64,000 nt of DNA from Octopus sinensis (Eukaryota), in assembly GCF_006345805.1 (NCBI RefSeq), contig NC_043000.1:149668001-149732000 (forward strand), written 5' to 3'. Positions 13,078 through 27,232 of the stretch are shown here, piece after piece. Under the pieces are notes generated by a model that saw only the letters and a program-made list of their open reading frames with translations, searched no databases and was not told where the DNA came from. Numbering within the stretch: the first letter of the stretch is position 1; the number at the start of each line of letters is the position of its first letter. A program made the translations under genes and the position numbers.

Positions 13078-13416
13078 GTAGTTTCTAACGATGGACAGAT
13101 CCAGGTCCGTCGCCAGACTTCGGAGGCTGGGAGTGCTTCATAACATTCTTGGTGTAGCCAGTCCAAAACATAATAAACTCCCTAGATATTATACTAACAT
13201 TTCAGCAATTATAAAACCAAGTAAAAGAAAAGTGATGTTTTTGTGTTTGATGAGTAAGGTGTGAATAACGATTGGTTTATAACGATTTATTGAGTGCTGT
13301 TAGCCAACGATCCGATTCACAACAAAATACAAAAGGCTTTTAAGATAACAAAAGATAAGCTCAAGTAACACTGCCAGTTACAGGTGATCTTACGTGTATA
13401 TGTATGCATTTGTGAG

Positions 13417-13476
<60 letters not shown>

Positions 13477-14121
13477 GAACAAACTTACTTAGAAATGTGA
13501 AAATTGCTTGATACAGTTTTACTAGCTTTAAATTTTTTTTAAATAAGTTTTAAGACAACAAAAGGTAAGCGCAAGTAATACCATCTGGTACAAATTTATT
13601 ATGGTTGCAAATATGACATTTCTCATTAAAAGATAGATTTGTACATAAAATTGATTTCTGCAGATAAGTGTTAATCATGAATGCTACACTCCAGCAACAC
13701 CGCTTTATTTTCTTGGAACTGTCGTGTCCCATATAAACTTTTAATAGCATAAATGTTCAAGTGAAAATGGAAACTACTTTTCTCATTCATCAATCATCTC
13801 ATCCACCTTATTGTTAACCCCTCTCCTTTTCACTAACTAACCTTAGGTTTTCCTTTAAATTTGATATCAAATTCACTCATATAGTTTGTATCATAAATTA
13901 CACTTTTAAAATAGCTTTACTTTGAATTTTTATTTAAACCACTATTTTAATACTCATTTATATTTTGTAGTCTAAAAATCTTCACAAATAAGCAACAAAA
14001 TTTATTATTATTTACGTATACACATTAATACCAACACATGCGCCCACATTCACACACCCGCAAAAATAGACAGTAAATCTTTTGACAGTGTCTGGAATGC
14101 TAGCCTCCCTCTCTCCCCCAT

Positions 14122-14157
<36 letters not shown>

Positions 14158-14981
14158 ACTCCTAAAAGTGTGAATCATTGATACAACTTAGCAAATAAAA
14201 AGCATATCCCATAAAATAAGCCGTTCATTGTGGATAACGTTTTAGTTTTGTTATTGCTTGTAAGAAAATTGGCGCCCCAATCACCTTAATTATTCTCCTT
14301 TACAAACTACAGACTACAGGGTCTTAACAGTTAAAACTGGAAGTGGTCGATTGGTAATTTTTCCGAGTTATAATGTTCTTCATATTGGTGCAACAGCTGT
14401 ATCATATTTTTATTGAGCGTCTGTTAAAAGTTTTCTGTATTTATGATTAAATGGAAAATGCTTATCTAAAAGAGACAGGAATTTCTTGCCTAAGTTAGTC
14501 TTAACATTAAGGTGGAAAGGAGGAGCGAATCAAATTATTTTCCTAGATCTATGTTTAGGTCTATTTTTGTGATTCATATTTATTTGAGGGAAAGATAGAG
14601 GGAGGAAAAGAGAGAGGGGAGAGACATAAACAAAACCTGAAAATATTCAGAACACTCGTATATAAGCATATAGATATTTATATATTTACCGAATAAATAA
14701 ATTTACATGGAGTACAAAAACGCAGGAAACGAAGTATGGTGTTTAAAGTCCGACAGTATTTTCTGGAGGCTCGGAATTAAATAATAGTTGTAATAATATT
14801 CAAGTATATGTTGCCATTGGAAGATGCGTATAAACATTACCGTAGAACCAGCCTCCTTCGTCAAGACGAAGAGACCTTCAGTCCTCGATAAAGACTTTGG
14901 AGCGCAACTTCAAATCATTTGAGCTCTACAACATGTGTTTTATATTGAGCATCTCCGGGTCTCACAGGTTGACTCTCTCTT

Positions 14982-15052
<71 letters not shown>

Positions 15053-15058
15053 TATATA

Positions 15059-15169
<111 letters not shown>

Positions 15170-15231
15170 ATTATATATATTATATATATATATATATATA
15201 GATAGATAGATAGATAGATAGATAGATTGAC

Positions 15232-15263
<32 letters not shown>

Positions 15264-15264
<1 letters not shown>

Positions 15265-16898
15265 TCTTTATTAGCCTCGCAGGTCCGAACATAGAGGGAA
15301 CAATACAATGTAGAACTTTTCTTTTCGAAAGAGAAAAAAAAAACGATCAAAAGGGATCGAAAGAGTTTGGGACGTGTAAACAGCGAAATAACAATGTTCC
15401 GTTTATAATAGAGTTCCCAAAAGGGGGCGTAAAAATGTAATACAGATCAGGTTTATACGTGGAAAGAAAAGCCTACGAAAAAGACCACAGTAACCTCAGG
15501 TAGGGAAAGAAACACATGAGAGCAAAGCTCTCCTTCTCTCTTTTGGATTTACAGGATCATGCTCAAAATGGTTTCGTCATTCATATGTACCATCTTTGCT
15601 ACATTCACCTACCTTTTATTGAAACTTTTATGAGACAAAGCTTCCCTCTCTATTCTCACCTTCCTCTTCAAGTGATACTTGAAGAAGTTGATGAGAGGTT
15701 GACCAGAGAGGAAACTGTCTGTCTCTAAACCTTTCACACGTGTCCACCTCGCACATTCTTTCACCATGGCCACCAGTACAATGAAAACTGCCTTGCCTTT
15801 CCGGTTAAAGGAAGGTGGCGGGGCAATATTCACGATAGTCTCGGCCGATAACCGAATTCGTCCTACACATGACAACAACTGTTCGACATAAGCCCACGGT
15901 CTGAAATGATTGAACACTGCACGAGTGCGTGCAGAACGGTTTCGTCGCTCTGGCCACACCTCGGGCAGGTCGGTCCGATGTTTCTTGAACCGTGTGTAGA
16001 GCTTATCTCGAACGGGCAATGCTTCCCGATAGCACTGCCAGGCCTGGGATATCTGGTGATTGTCCATAAGTCCCGGCCCGAAAGTGGTCCTCAAGAGGCA
16101 GGTTAGGTGTTCCTCGTCGACGCCCAGATCCTCCCAAGAACGTCCTCATCCCTCACCCCCACTAATCCTCTATAGAACGCTTTTGTGGAAATAAAGTTGC
16201 ACAAGTTTGGTCTCGGACAGCAGAGTTGGTCGAAAGCATAGCGACAATCGCGGTGCCATTCGCCTAGCCTCGGTTTTTCTTTGATCCATGACTGCATTTC
16301 GGCGAAAGAGACGAGTTACGGGAAAGCGCATCTCACAAACGGCGACTACACCTGTTCACCGTCGTCTATGAAGCGCTGGAGATGTCGCAGTCTCAGCGCA
16401 TGTCTGCGCATCATCAACCACGACATAACCCAGCTCTCCATTTAGCTGGTGTTAACAGCAAATAGATCGTCTAACCATCGGAACGCTACGCTTCCCTTCC
16501 ACAGAAAGCGGAAGAGCATGCGTTCCAGTTTGGTGAAGGTAGGATCGGGACAAGGCACGACGGTCAGACGGTAATAGATGACAGATGCGATGTGCGCGTT
16601 CGCCACCTCCACCCGACCTTTTAGGGATAGCTTCTTCTCGGCCCATTGCTGGGTGGGAGTGGCCACCCTACTCGTTATCTTGTCCCACTTCTTCTCCATT
16701 TGGAGGTCTGGTCCGAAACAGACCTCGAGCAAATTAACCGGTCCGCCGGTCCAGTGTCCCACGATGGAGACGCTGATGGACGGCATGGGCTTGTTTCCCC
16801 AGGTGCCGAACCTCATACCCACTGACTTTTCCGGGTTAACTTTCGCTCCCGTTACCGCTTCGTATTCTTTTAGTGTCTCGCCGATCAGGACAATATGC
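15264..16898 (-). mobile_element. Tx1/L1-clade LINE 3' portion (RT C-terminus, zf-RVT-like region, 3'UTR with AATAAA and (AATC)n tail)
   Basis: EAVTGAKVNPEKS...WAEKKLSLKGRVEVAN...LFRFLWKG and AWQCYREALPVRDKL, frameshifted. AATAAAGAAATC is followed by AATC and TATC repeats. Confidence 0.88.
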
Positions 16899-16899
16899 C

Positions 16900-17298
16900 A
16901 GGGCATTGGCGTGGCTGTGTGATAAGAAGTTTGCTTCCCAACCACATACTTCTGAGTTCAGTCCCACTGCATGACATTTTCAGTGCCTGTCTCCTATTAT
17001 GGACTCAGACTGGCAAAAGCCTTCTGAGAAGATGTGGTCGTTGGAAACTGAAAGACTCCTGTTGTATATATACATATATGTGTGTCTTTGTGTCTGTATT
17101 TGTCCTCCATCGCCGCTTAACAACCGGTGTTAGCGTATTTACGTCTTCATAACTTCACAGTTTGTGAAAAAGGGACTGATAGAATAAGTACCAGGATTTA
17201 AAATATAAGTACAAGGTTCGATTCTTTCGACTAAAAGCTTTCAAGGCGGTGCCCCAACATGGCTGCAGTTTTATGCCTGAATCAAGTTAAAGGTTAAA
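16900..17298 (+). mobile_element. SINE family A, diverged copy at the 5' edge of the Tx1 fragment
   Basis: Collinear with 303-716. Confidence 0.75.
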
Positions 17299-17357
17299 TA
17301 TACATACACACTTATATATATGTTGTAATATTAAAGTCGAACTATATATATATATAT

Positions 17358-17963
17358 ATGATATTCTTTTGCTTGCTCCAGTCATTTAGTCGAACAAATC
17401 AACCTCAGGATTTATTATTTCATGACTAGTACTGATTCTATCGGTATATTTTGCCCAACCGCTAGTTACGGGGACGTAAACATACCAACATCGGTTGTCA
17501 AGCGATGGTGGGCTGACAAACACAGATACATAAACATACACATACATACACAAACACACTCACATATGCAACAGGCTTCTTTCAGTTTCAGTCTATCAAA
17601 TTCCCCCACAAGGCTTTGGTTGTCCTGAGGCTATAGTAGAGGACGCTTGCTGAAGGTGCCACGCAGTGGGACTGTTTGGGAAGCAAGCTTCTTACCACAC
17701 TTCTACACCTGCGCCTTTAGATATATATACAAAATATATTTCTTTACTACCCACAAGGGGCTAAACACAGAGTGGACAAACAAGGACAGACTGACGGATT
17801 AGTCAATTACATCGATCCCAGTGCGTAACTGGTATTAATTTATCGACCACGAAAGATGAAAGGCAAAGTCGACCTCGGCGGAATTTGAACCCAGAACGTA
17901 ACGGCAGACGAAATACGGCTACGCATTTCGCCCGGCGTGCTAACGTTTCTGCCTTCGCCGCCT
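17358..17963 (-). mobile_element. Adjacent SINEs: family A (17358-17715) and family B (17737-17963)
   Basis: Reverse complements of the 303-716 and 30985-31205 types. Confidence 0.8.
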
Positions 17964-18737
17964 TTATATATATACAAAATAGCAAGATTGATATATTTGT
18001 CTCTTGCCAAATAAACACATGCACTATAAACTCGTTCTTCACTCGTGTATTATCATTCTTATTTTGTGTACGTGCATATGTATATATAAATTTGACATCC
18101 TTGTATTCTTCCATCCACTTTAAAATTGACAACTAAAACTACTACTCACTTTGGTATCACCCCACCCATACCATTTCTCCACCCATCCCTTAATGCAGCT
18201 CTATCATATCACCCCTACTCACATATCTCACACTTATTCACTCCTTATCTTAACATCTCTTTCTATCCCTCCCCACTCCTGTCCCATCTTTCCCACACTT
18301 TATCTTGCCCACCAACTAACACTCCTTTTCTCACTTCTTGCACCCTTTCTTCACTTTTTTCACTCTTTTCACTTTTTTCTCTCTTTTTTCTCTCTTTCTT
18401 CCTCTCATTTTCTCTTCTTGTTTTCATTTTGACCTATCTCCTCATTCTAATTATACACATCTCTCCCCCGCCACCATCTATTTACAAAAACTACCAATAC
18501 ATTCCCAAATGTTCATTCACACCACAAGACCTTTTTGAATGAGCAACACAAAATCTACGGCTCTATACTTTGAAATATGAACTACTATCGGAACTTACAT
18601 ACCATGTACAGGAAACTTTTTTTTACCACTTCTATACACCGCTTTCTTCTAATAATAGGATTGAAACTACAATATCTTTTACTTTTTCCTTATAAATGTC
18701 CTGAAAACACGTCACAACCTTGGTTTTGTTATCTCAT

Positions 18738-18779
<42 letters not shown>

Positions 18780-18874
18780 CGTGTGTGTGTGTGTGTGTGT
18801 TGTGTGTGTGTGGTGCGTGTGTGTGTGTGTGTATGTATATATATATATATATATATAATATATATATATATATA

Positions 18875-18913
<39 letters not shown>

Positions 18914-18995
18914 CGTCCATAAGCACTAAACTTTGCATGTGCCTTGTCAGACTCTAATGTCTCTATAACTTAGTGTGCTTCTCTTTATATATATA

Positions 18996-19056
<61 letters not shown>

Positions 19057-19448
19057 TATATATAAATGTGTTGCATGGTGCGGTGATGGGGGTGTCATTG
19101 TTTCATTTGTGTTCTCTCTTGCAGATCAGTCTGTCAATTACTATGTGTGTAGCCCCGTAACATGACGACTAAAGAGAGAAGAGTGGGGGAGACACAGATA
19201 CAAACAGTATGATGTACACACAAAGGACAAACATGCACATTCTAATGATGAAACATAAGAAATAGAGAGTAATAAGTAAACAAATGAAAAAAACAATATA
19301 AAGCGTACCAATACAAATAGTATAGTAAGCAAACCCATATACACACACACACACACAAACACATACAAAACACCTAGATACGTGTACACAGACAGGCACG
19401 CACAGATACACACACAGAGATGCAAACGCATGCGTAGATAAGGATACG

Positions 19449-19752
19449 CATCACAAAAAGAGAGAATGGACTAAACAGAACAGGGGGATACACGTGGGTG
19501 GAAGAGTCACTGAAGAAGTCACAAATGTGTGACGAAAGATTTCCAGACAAGCGTTCTCTACTATAGCCTCGGGCCGACCAAAGCCTTGTAAGTGAATTTG
19601 GTAGACTGAAACTGAGACTCTCTCTTTTTTTTCTGTCTTTCTTCCTTTCATTGTCTGGAAATCTTTCGTCACACATTTCTGACTTCTTCAGTGACTCTTC
19701 CACCCACGTGCATCCTCCTGTTCTGTTTAGTCCATTCCGTCTTTCTGTGATG
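19449..19752. repeat. Inverted repeat (102-bp arms) of a Penelope-like terminal sequence around a SINE fragment
   Basis: 19449-19550 is approximately the reverse complement of 19651-19752. Each arm holds CTGAAGA-A-GTCAC..GTGAC-GAAA. Confidence 0.85.
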
Positions 19753-19836
19753 TGCATTCTTATCTCCGCATGCTTTTGCACGTACATATACATACACACC
19801 CACACCCCATACACACCACATATAGATATATGTATG

Positions 19837-19892
<56 letters not shown>

Positions 19893-20237
19893 GGATAATA
19901 TATATATATATATATAACACATACCCACATACATATACATACATACACATTTACACACCACACACATGAAGCCGCTTGCATGTCCATATATGGACATGAT
20001 TGAGATCCTTAAATGATTGAGATCCTTAAAGTATGATAGGGAAGTTAAAAAATTAAAGATTAAAATGGAGATAAAGGAAAGTTAATTTGGATTGTTGGGG
20101 ATTACTTAAAGTGTGTTGTGGATATATGCTGTGTGGTTATTTAGGTTGCATTTAGATTTGTGGCAAAATCTGAAGTAATGTAAAAAGCGGCATAAATGAA
20201 AGAATAGAAGAATAAAAGAATAAATATTACCTCCTCC

Positions 20238-20690
20238 ATGCCTGAAAATAATCCCCAAAATACACCCACTTGTAACTGCCGTGCTGGGTCCATCTGCCAT
20301 CTACAAACCCATTGCAGAAGATCTAATGTAATTTATAAATGCACTGTCCTCAACACATTACACAATTCTACATTGCATGCACTTAGGGCCTCATTATATT
20401 TATTTAGTAGTATCAAGGAGTTGTGTTTTAATATGTGGAATGCCTCTTTTAGGCATAACTTACAGGTTAAGTGTTGACTTGAATCTATTATGGACCATGA
20501 CAAAATGTAGGAAATATTTCTATTTGTGAGATGATGTATGTGACTGGTGAGTGTTGTGGATTTACTGTGTTTCTCATATCTAAAAGAATTGAGATGACCG
20601 GCATATCGTTATTTAAAATTTATGGTTGACCCTATATACATAGCTGTAGAATTGTGTAATGTGTTGAGGACAGTACATTTATAAATTACA
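20238..20690 (-). mobile_element. Penelope-like GIY-YIG endonuclease remnant with an inverted 5' segment
   Basis: Minus: VIYKCTV...MYIGSTINFK*RYAGHLNSFRYEK...CKLCLKEAFHIL. Plus 20238-20372: CNCRAGSIC...NVIYKCTV. 20327-20372 is inverted at 20645-20690. Confidence 0.85.
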
Positions 20691-20732
20691 TACATACATA
20701 TATATATATATAATAATAATATTTGTCTCTAA

Positions 20733-20770
<38 letters not shown>

Positions 20771-20885
20771 CATGTATGTATGTATGTATATGTATAACTA
20801 GCAGTAATACCGTCATTGATTGGGTAATTACTTTTACAGTTTCTCAGGAGCCACATTCAAAGTATTATTATTATATATATATAAG

Positions 20886-21596
20886 ACCTGGGATGAAGTG
20901 GTGAAGCAAGACCTTCGAACATTAGGCCTCACCGAGGTAATGACTAATGTTCGACACTTTTGGAAATATGCTCTGCTTGAAAAGACCCGGCGAGCCAAGT
21001 GAGACTATAACCTCGTGGCCTATGCCAGGAGTGGAACCAGCCCACTTATGCGTACCTTCCCTTCATTGGACACTAAACTCTGCTTGCGAAGACCTGTTGA
21101 GGCAAGTGAAATCGAAATCAAATTCGATGACTGGCATCCATGCTAGTGGAGCGCTAAGAGCACCATCCGAGCGTGATCGTTGCCAGTGCAGCAAACTGGC
21201 TTTCGTGCCGATGGCACGCAAAAAGCACCATTCGAGTGTGATCGTTTCCAGCATCTCCTTACTGGCACTTGTGCCGGTGGCACGTGGAAAACATTTGAGT
21301 GAGGTCATTGTCAGTGCCGCTGGACTGGCTCCTGTGCTGGTGGCACGGAAAAAACAACATTTGAGCGTGGCCGTTGCCAGTACCGCCTGACTGGCCCTCG
21401 TGCCAGCGGCACGTAAAAGTACCCACTACACTCTCGGAGTGGTTGGCGTTAGGAAGGGCATCCAGCTGTAGAAACTCTGCCAGATCAGATTGGAACCTGA
21501 TGTAGCCATCTGGTTCGCCAGTTCTCAGTCAAATCGTCCAACCCATGCTAGCATGGAAAGCGGACGTTAAACGATGCTGCTGCTGATGATGATGAT

Positions 21597-21662
<66 letters not shown>
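20886..21662 (+). mobile_element. RTE-clade LINE 3' end (ORF end, hairpin-array 3'UTR, (GAT)n tail)
   Basis: KTWDEVVKQDLRTLGLTE...EKTRRAK*, then GTGCCGGTGGCAC modules and CCCATGCTAGCATGGAAAGCGGACGTTAAACGATG tail. Shows that the many (CAT)n/(GAT)n-tailed repeats here are truncated RTE 3'UTRs. Confidence 0.9.
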
Positions 21663-21949
21663 TGAAGAAGAAGAAGAAGAAGAAGAAGAAGAAAATAAGA
21701 TAAGAAGAAAAACAATAGTTTCTCTTGAACCATTTGCTTTCATTTTGGAGGACAGACATATCAACAAACACACAAACGGACAGAATCTCTCTTTTTCATA
21801 TAGATATACGACAGGCTTTTTTCAGTTTCCATCTACAAAATCCACTCATAAGGCTTTGGTCAGCCCGAGGCTATAGTAGAAGACACTAGTCCAAGGTGCC
21901 TCGCAGTGGCACTGGACCCGGAACTATGTTGTTGGAAAGCAAACTTCAT

Positions 21950-22530
21950 CGTCATTATCATTTAACATCCGTTTTTCATGCTGGCATTGGCTGGACAGTT
22001 TGACGGAAAACTGTTAAGCTGGGGAGCTGCATCAGGTTCCAATCTGATTTGGCAAGGTTTCTACAGCTGGATGCCCTTTCTAATGCCAATCACTCTAAGA
22101 GTGTAGTGGGTGTTTTTTTACGTGCCACCAGCATGGGAGCCAGTTATGCAACACTGGCATTGGCCACGACTATGATTTGACTTGGCTTGACAGATTTTTT
22201 TCAAGCATAGCATATTGCTAAAGGTCTCAGTCCTTTGTCATTGCCTCTGTGAGGCCTTACGTTCAAAGATCATGCTTCACTATCACATCCCATATCTTCT
22301 TCGGTCAATCTCTTCCACAGGTCCTCAACGTTAGAGATTGGCAGTTCTTCACACAGCTGCCCTTGTCCATATACATCACATGACCATACAGTACAGTCGT
22401 CTCTTTTGTATACCACACCTGATGCCTCCTATGCCTAACTTTTCTCTCAAGATGCTTACAGTCTGTCATACATGCTCACTGACATTACACATCCAGCGAA
22501 GCATACCAGCTTCATTATTCACCTTTATGA
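21950..22530 (-). mobile_element. Decayed RTE LINE 3' fragment
   Basis: NEAGMLRWMCNVS...LREKLGIGGIRCGIQKRRL plus the 3'UTR motif GGAAGGGCATCCAGCTGTAGAAA. Confidence 0.8.
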
Positions 22531-23092
22531 ACTATAAACTAGTGAAATTAAATTATTCTCTGGTTGAAGTTCCTCAGGAAATCCTGAAATGGCATATACT
22601 CAGGATTCGTTGATATGTTTTGCTTTTTTAAATGTTTAATCCGTGCATAAAACAGTTTTTTCAGATGATGAAATAACTCTATTCACCAATTTTAAAAAAT
22701 CATTTCTGAAACAGCTGTAGTGAGTGAACTAATATCCATCTGGTATGGTTAATTGCTGAAGTTATTGAGTGCATTGATACATAGATATATATTCATGCCC
22801 CTGTTTGTTGTGACAGGAATGAGTGTAGTTTTGATATTAGTGATGTACATGTATTAGTATAGTAATGTAGTGGTTTTAATTATGCAAGTATAGTTTAGCA
22901 TTATTTACATATATCTCTAAATTATTGTGGTGGAAATAATTATTATTCATATGTATGTGAGGGTATAGATTATTGTCTGTATTCATGTGTGTATTCGTGT
23001 ATGTATGTATGTATGTGTTGTGTGTGTGTTGAGATGTAGATCACTAGCCACTACACATTCTTTATTTTCTCTCCTTGTTTCTTTCTGTGTTC

Positions 23093-23128
23093 CTTTCTGT
23101 AGAAGAGCATAGGCTCAAAACGTTAAAG
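23093..23128 (+). ncRNA. Degenerate minimal hammerhead-like motif
   Basis: CTTT-CTGTAGA-A-GAGC ATAG GCTC-AAAAC-GTT-AAAG. Stems I and II are intact; the core has A6U and G12A. Confidence 0.4.
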
Positions 23129-23198
23129 TCTTTTTCACTTCCTGAGCATTAGACTAATACATCTGTTTGTTGTCTACACCACCTGTCTTCGTTTTTTG

Positions 23199-23277
<79 letters not shown>

Positions 23278-23289
23278 ATGAGGTCGTTT

Positions 23290-23830
23290 TGGTGAAGAAT
23301 TGTGATGTATAGCTTTAAAGAAGGTTGTTGTGTAAGGCTGGAATAATGTGAGAAGGTACAATGTAAGCTATAAAAGAAAAAGAAAATAAAATAAGGTTGC
23401 AGTTTTACTTTGTATTTCTATATTCCGGGTGAAGACACCCTCTTCAGGACATTTGGAAAAAGCAGTAGTTGAGAAAAGTCGCTCAGATGTACGGTGGAGA
23501 AGGAAGTAGGAGAAGTAGAGGAGAAAGGTGACATGCACAAACTGGTGTAGCTATAGTAACCAGTCTGCTTTTTGTAGTTTCTCCCTGTTGTTCATGGTTG
23601 GTGTCAATTTGTTTATAAGGAGGCTTTCCACAATTCTGAGATTGCCCTTCCAATGCAACAGGGGCAACACTAGCAGGATGTCAAGTAACTCACAAGACAA
23701 AGAACTCTTAGCTGGAAAACTGAGGGAAGTGACTTCATGCCAGGTGAGAGTTTACAGTATTATAAAGGGATAAATATATGTGTTTTACTGTAGAGAAGAT
23801 ACTTTGCTACCCAAGTAGAAAAAGAATGGA
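23290..23830 (-). mobile_element. Penelope-like element 3' end (GIY-YIG C-terminus and terminal repeat)
   Basis: LRIVESLLINKLTPTMN, typical of the PLE endonuclease end, followed downstream by a hammerhead-like motif at 23414-23452. Confidence 0.7.
23414..23452 (-). ncRNA. Degenerate minimal hammerhead-like motif
   Basis: Reverse complement: ATGTC-CTGAAGA-GGGTG TCTT CACCC-GGAAT-ATA-GAAAT. Perfect 5-bp stem II; GAAA has become GGAA; one stem-I mismatch. Confidence 0.5.
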
Positions 23831-23941
23831 AAGGAAGGAGACACAAGGTTAGAGAGAAAGATAAAGAGACAGTCTGAGTGTGAGAGAGAGAGAGAGAGAG
23901 AAATAGATGGTGTTGGAAACACATCAGGATCTAACCCATCT

Positions 23942-25448
23942 ATTTTTTTCATGTTTCCCTTGGTCCTTTTGCATTTGATGCAAATCATCATGACAGCCTT
24001 GAGGGGAGAAGAGCCCTGCAAAAGGCTGCAATCAAAGCAAAATCAAACAATGGTCTGGAATGGGGTTCAAGGAGTCACCATAACTCAATAAATAAGGATT
24101 TTAGTATTATACACTATGAAGAATTCTTCTATACAATTCAATAAATTTGTGACTACAAAAAAATTCCTCAAACAAACATATTCCCCCCCCCAAAAAAACA
24201 AACACACACACACTCATACCACTAAAAACAAACAAAAAAAAAGAGACCACAAAGCAATGAAACATATTCCTTTCCAAACCTTTTAATAAATTGTTGGCCA
24301 CCCTAAAATCCATTTAACACTATATATATATATATCTATATATATATATATATATTATATATATACACACACACAGCTGATAATTTCTCAATAGAAAAGG
24401 AATTTGTCATGCATATAAATGCTAAAACTAAAACTACAAATACGTGTTGTTTACCTTATTTTTTGCTTATCAATGCTTAAACACATGTTCTTCTTGTGAT
24501 GTTGACACTGTTTTGTTTGTCTTATGATGCAGTCACACACAGAATAACAGCTTCCATCCTGTTTTCTGACTGGGTAGAAATTATCAAACCTCTGGAAATT
24601 AAAAAAAAATTTTTTCTAGAACAAATGAATTAGGCTGAGATTCAATGGGAAAATTACATCAATTGATAACCAAATTTTGAAAATTTAATTTTAAATTACA
24701 AATGTGCGACCAAACAGAAAAGTTACAAAACAGATATGTTATATCTGATAGCTGGGGGAGAATCTAATCATAAAACACATGAAATGCTTCTAATGATAAA
24801 TTATATTACTGTCAATTTATATTTTGCTTTCTTTGATTATTGTATTGCCTACGTAATACAAATATTGAGTCGATATAGCAATGACAGGTAATAATCAAGC
24901 CCAGGGCTATAGTAGAAGCTACTTTCTCAAGGTGCCATAGTGTGGGACTGAACCTGAAATCATGTGGTAAGAAAGTAAAATTCTTACTATACAGCCACAT
25001 CAGTGCCTATACCATGTCTGCATCTATGATATCTTTAAATCTCAGCTGTCTTCCTAGCGCTTCCTTGCGATCTGCTTTTCATAAGGTTTACCATAAACTG
25101 TCCAATGGTGCCTGCATGTCACATTTTTCGCCAGCCTCAGACCAGTTTCCACATTCAGTAACCATACTTCCTTTCTGTGTAGCACTACAAGTATGATATA
25201 TGCTTCATATCAGTCTACCATTTCCACAGAAAAAGTCTTTGCCTTCCAAATTTCCATCACTCTCTTTTACTGAATGGCAATTTTTACGACAGATTTTACT
25301 ACAATACTTCTCAGTAAAATCAGAAAAGTGTTTGCTTTTGTTATCTTTTAACTTTTGAGTTCGGAAACAATATATATATATATATTATATATATATATAT
25401 ATATTTCTCTCACACACACACATGGATTTATATACATATATTTATATT

Positions 25449-25480
<32 letters not shown>

Positions 25481-25989
25481 ATATATGTTATAACTTATAA
25501 TCGAGGGTAAAATAAAAAAATTTCTAATGCCAAATATGCTGGAACTAGACACAACGTCCATAACCATATAGAAATTTTTTTCTTTACCCTTGTTTATAAG
25601 TCGTTTATAAATCTAACCTTTAAATGTATTTTAACATGCTGGCATTGATAAAATTTTTTTCGAAAAATTTTATCCTATATCAAATGTATATATATATTTC
25701 ACATACACACACATGTTATATACATACATATATATATATATATATATATGCCTGCACCTATGATATCTTTAAAATATATATATATATGCATATATACATG
25801 TGGTGTGTGTGTTGTGTGTGTGTAATATTTGTTAAAAATCTTGGTTGTTAATATCACTTTGTATTGGTGTTGCTCTGACATTTGAGAGAACTCTTCATTA
25901 CAGTTTTCCCCAGTATTTATTATCGCAGAACCACAAGTGGCATTCTCAAAGGTTAAATACAACTGGGACACTGGAAGAGAAAATAAAGA
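23942..25989. repeat. About 2.05-kb duplication, copy 1 (indel-rich, ends at the N gap)
   Basis: Collinear with 27233-29274; most differences are missing bases in homopolymers. Confidence 0.93.
25832..25970 (-). pseudogene. Frameshifted duplicate of the 29114-29254 exon (probably an assembly or consensus error)
   Basis: 139 nt versus 141 nt; two single-base deletions break the frame. Confidence 0.6.
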
Positions 25990-26089
25990 NNNNNNNNNNN
26001 NNNNNNNNNNNNNNNNNNNNNNNNNNNNNNNNNNNNNNNNNNNNNNNNNNNNNNNNNNNNNNNNNNNNNNNNNNNNNNNNNNNNNNNNN
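25990..26089. other. Scaffold gap (100 N)
   Basis: Run of exactly 100 N. Confidence 1.
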
Positions 26090-27232
26090 TGTTAAACAAG
26101 CTACTATCCACACAGCCACTCTTGCGCCTATCTTGGCAGACATGGATAAACACTGAATTTTTATTTCTTAAAATATATACAATAATTATATCTTTCGTTT
26201 GCCTTATTGCCCAGTACTTTGCATCAATACATATGTTATATTTCCATATCTTAGATTCGTCAATTCCCTAGGAATTTTCTGTCTGCAGCTGAAACAAACC
26301 CCCGACCCCACCATACACACACACACACACACACAAATAAATAAATAAATAAATAAATAAAATGACAGTTATAAAAAGAAACTTCTGAGAGATAAAATCT
26401 CTGAAGCTTTAAGAAATCATTTATTTCAGAGTAAAAAAAATTATAAAATAATGTGAATGACGGGGGTGTGGTAATAAACTTGCTTGGCAACCATGTAGTT
26501 TCAGGTTCAATTCCACTGCACAGCACCTTCATAAAGTGTCTCTACTAACCCTGGGCTGACCATGTCTTGTGAGTGAATTTAGTAAACAGAAACTGTGCCG
26601 AAGCCTATCATGTGTGTGTGGTGGTGGTGGTGGCTTGGTGTGGTGGTGGTGGTGGCGGTGGCGGTGGTGGTGGTGGTGGGGGGTGGTGGTGTGTGGTGTG
26701 TGTGTGTGTGTGTGTGTGTGCTTGTCTGCCCTCACCACTTGACAACTGGTGCTGGTTTGTTTTCATCCAAATAATTTAGTAGTTCAGCAAAAGAGACTGA
26801 CAGAATATGCACCAGACTTAAAAAAAGTTAAGTACAGGGGTCAATTTGATTGATTAAAGTGTCAATTTGATCGGATAAAGAGTCAATTTTTTAATTTTTT
26901 TTATTAAGACCATCAATATGGCATCCTAGCATAGCAACTGTCCAACTAAACTGAAACAACTAAAAAATAAAAGATGAAAACAGTAGAGATTAATTAACGG
27001 AAAATGTGAAAGGTGACTTTATGAAGATAAGAACTTAATGTTCAGATTTTATAACAAAAAAACTTAAGCATAAAAGCTCCCACGGCTATCCTCATCATCA
27101 ATTTAATGTCCATTTCTCAAAGCTAAAATTGGTTAAATGAGTCCAACATACAGTATGTTATCATTTATTTAAATCTTTTCCCATCTCATTTGTGAGTCCA
27201 AGGAACCTGAGATCAAACTGCAAGTTTTTTTA

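Noticed and set aside
13082-13253. Exon-like open frames on both strands next to the (ATT)n array
   Set aside because: Three different readings are possible, each lacking one good splice site; cannot be supported as a feature.
14220-14400. Possible promoter (CCAAT and ATTGG motifs in unique sequence)
   Set aside because: Short motifs occur by chance, and there is no linked first exon or TSS evidence.
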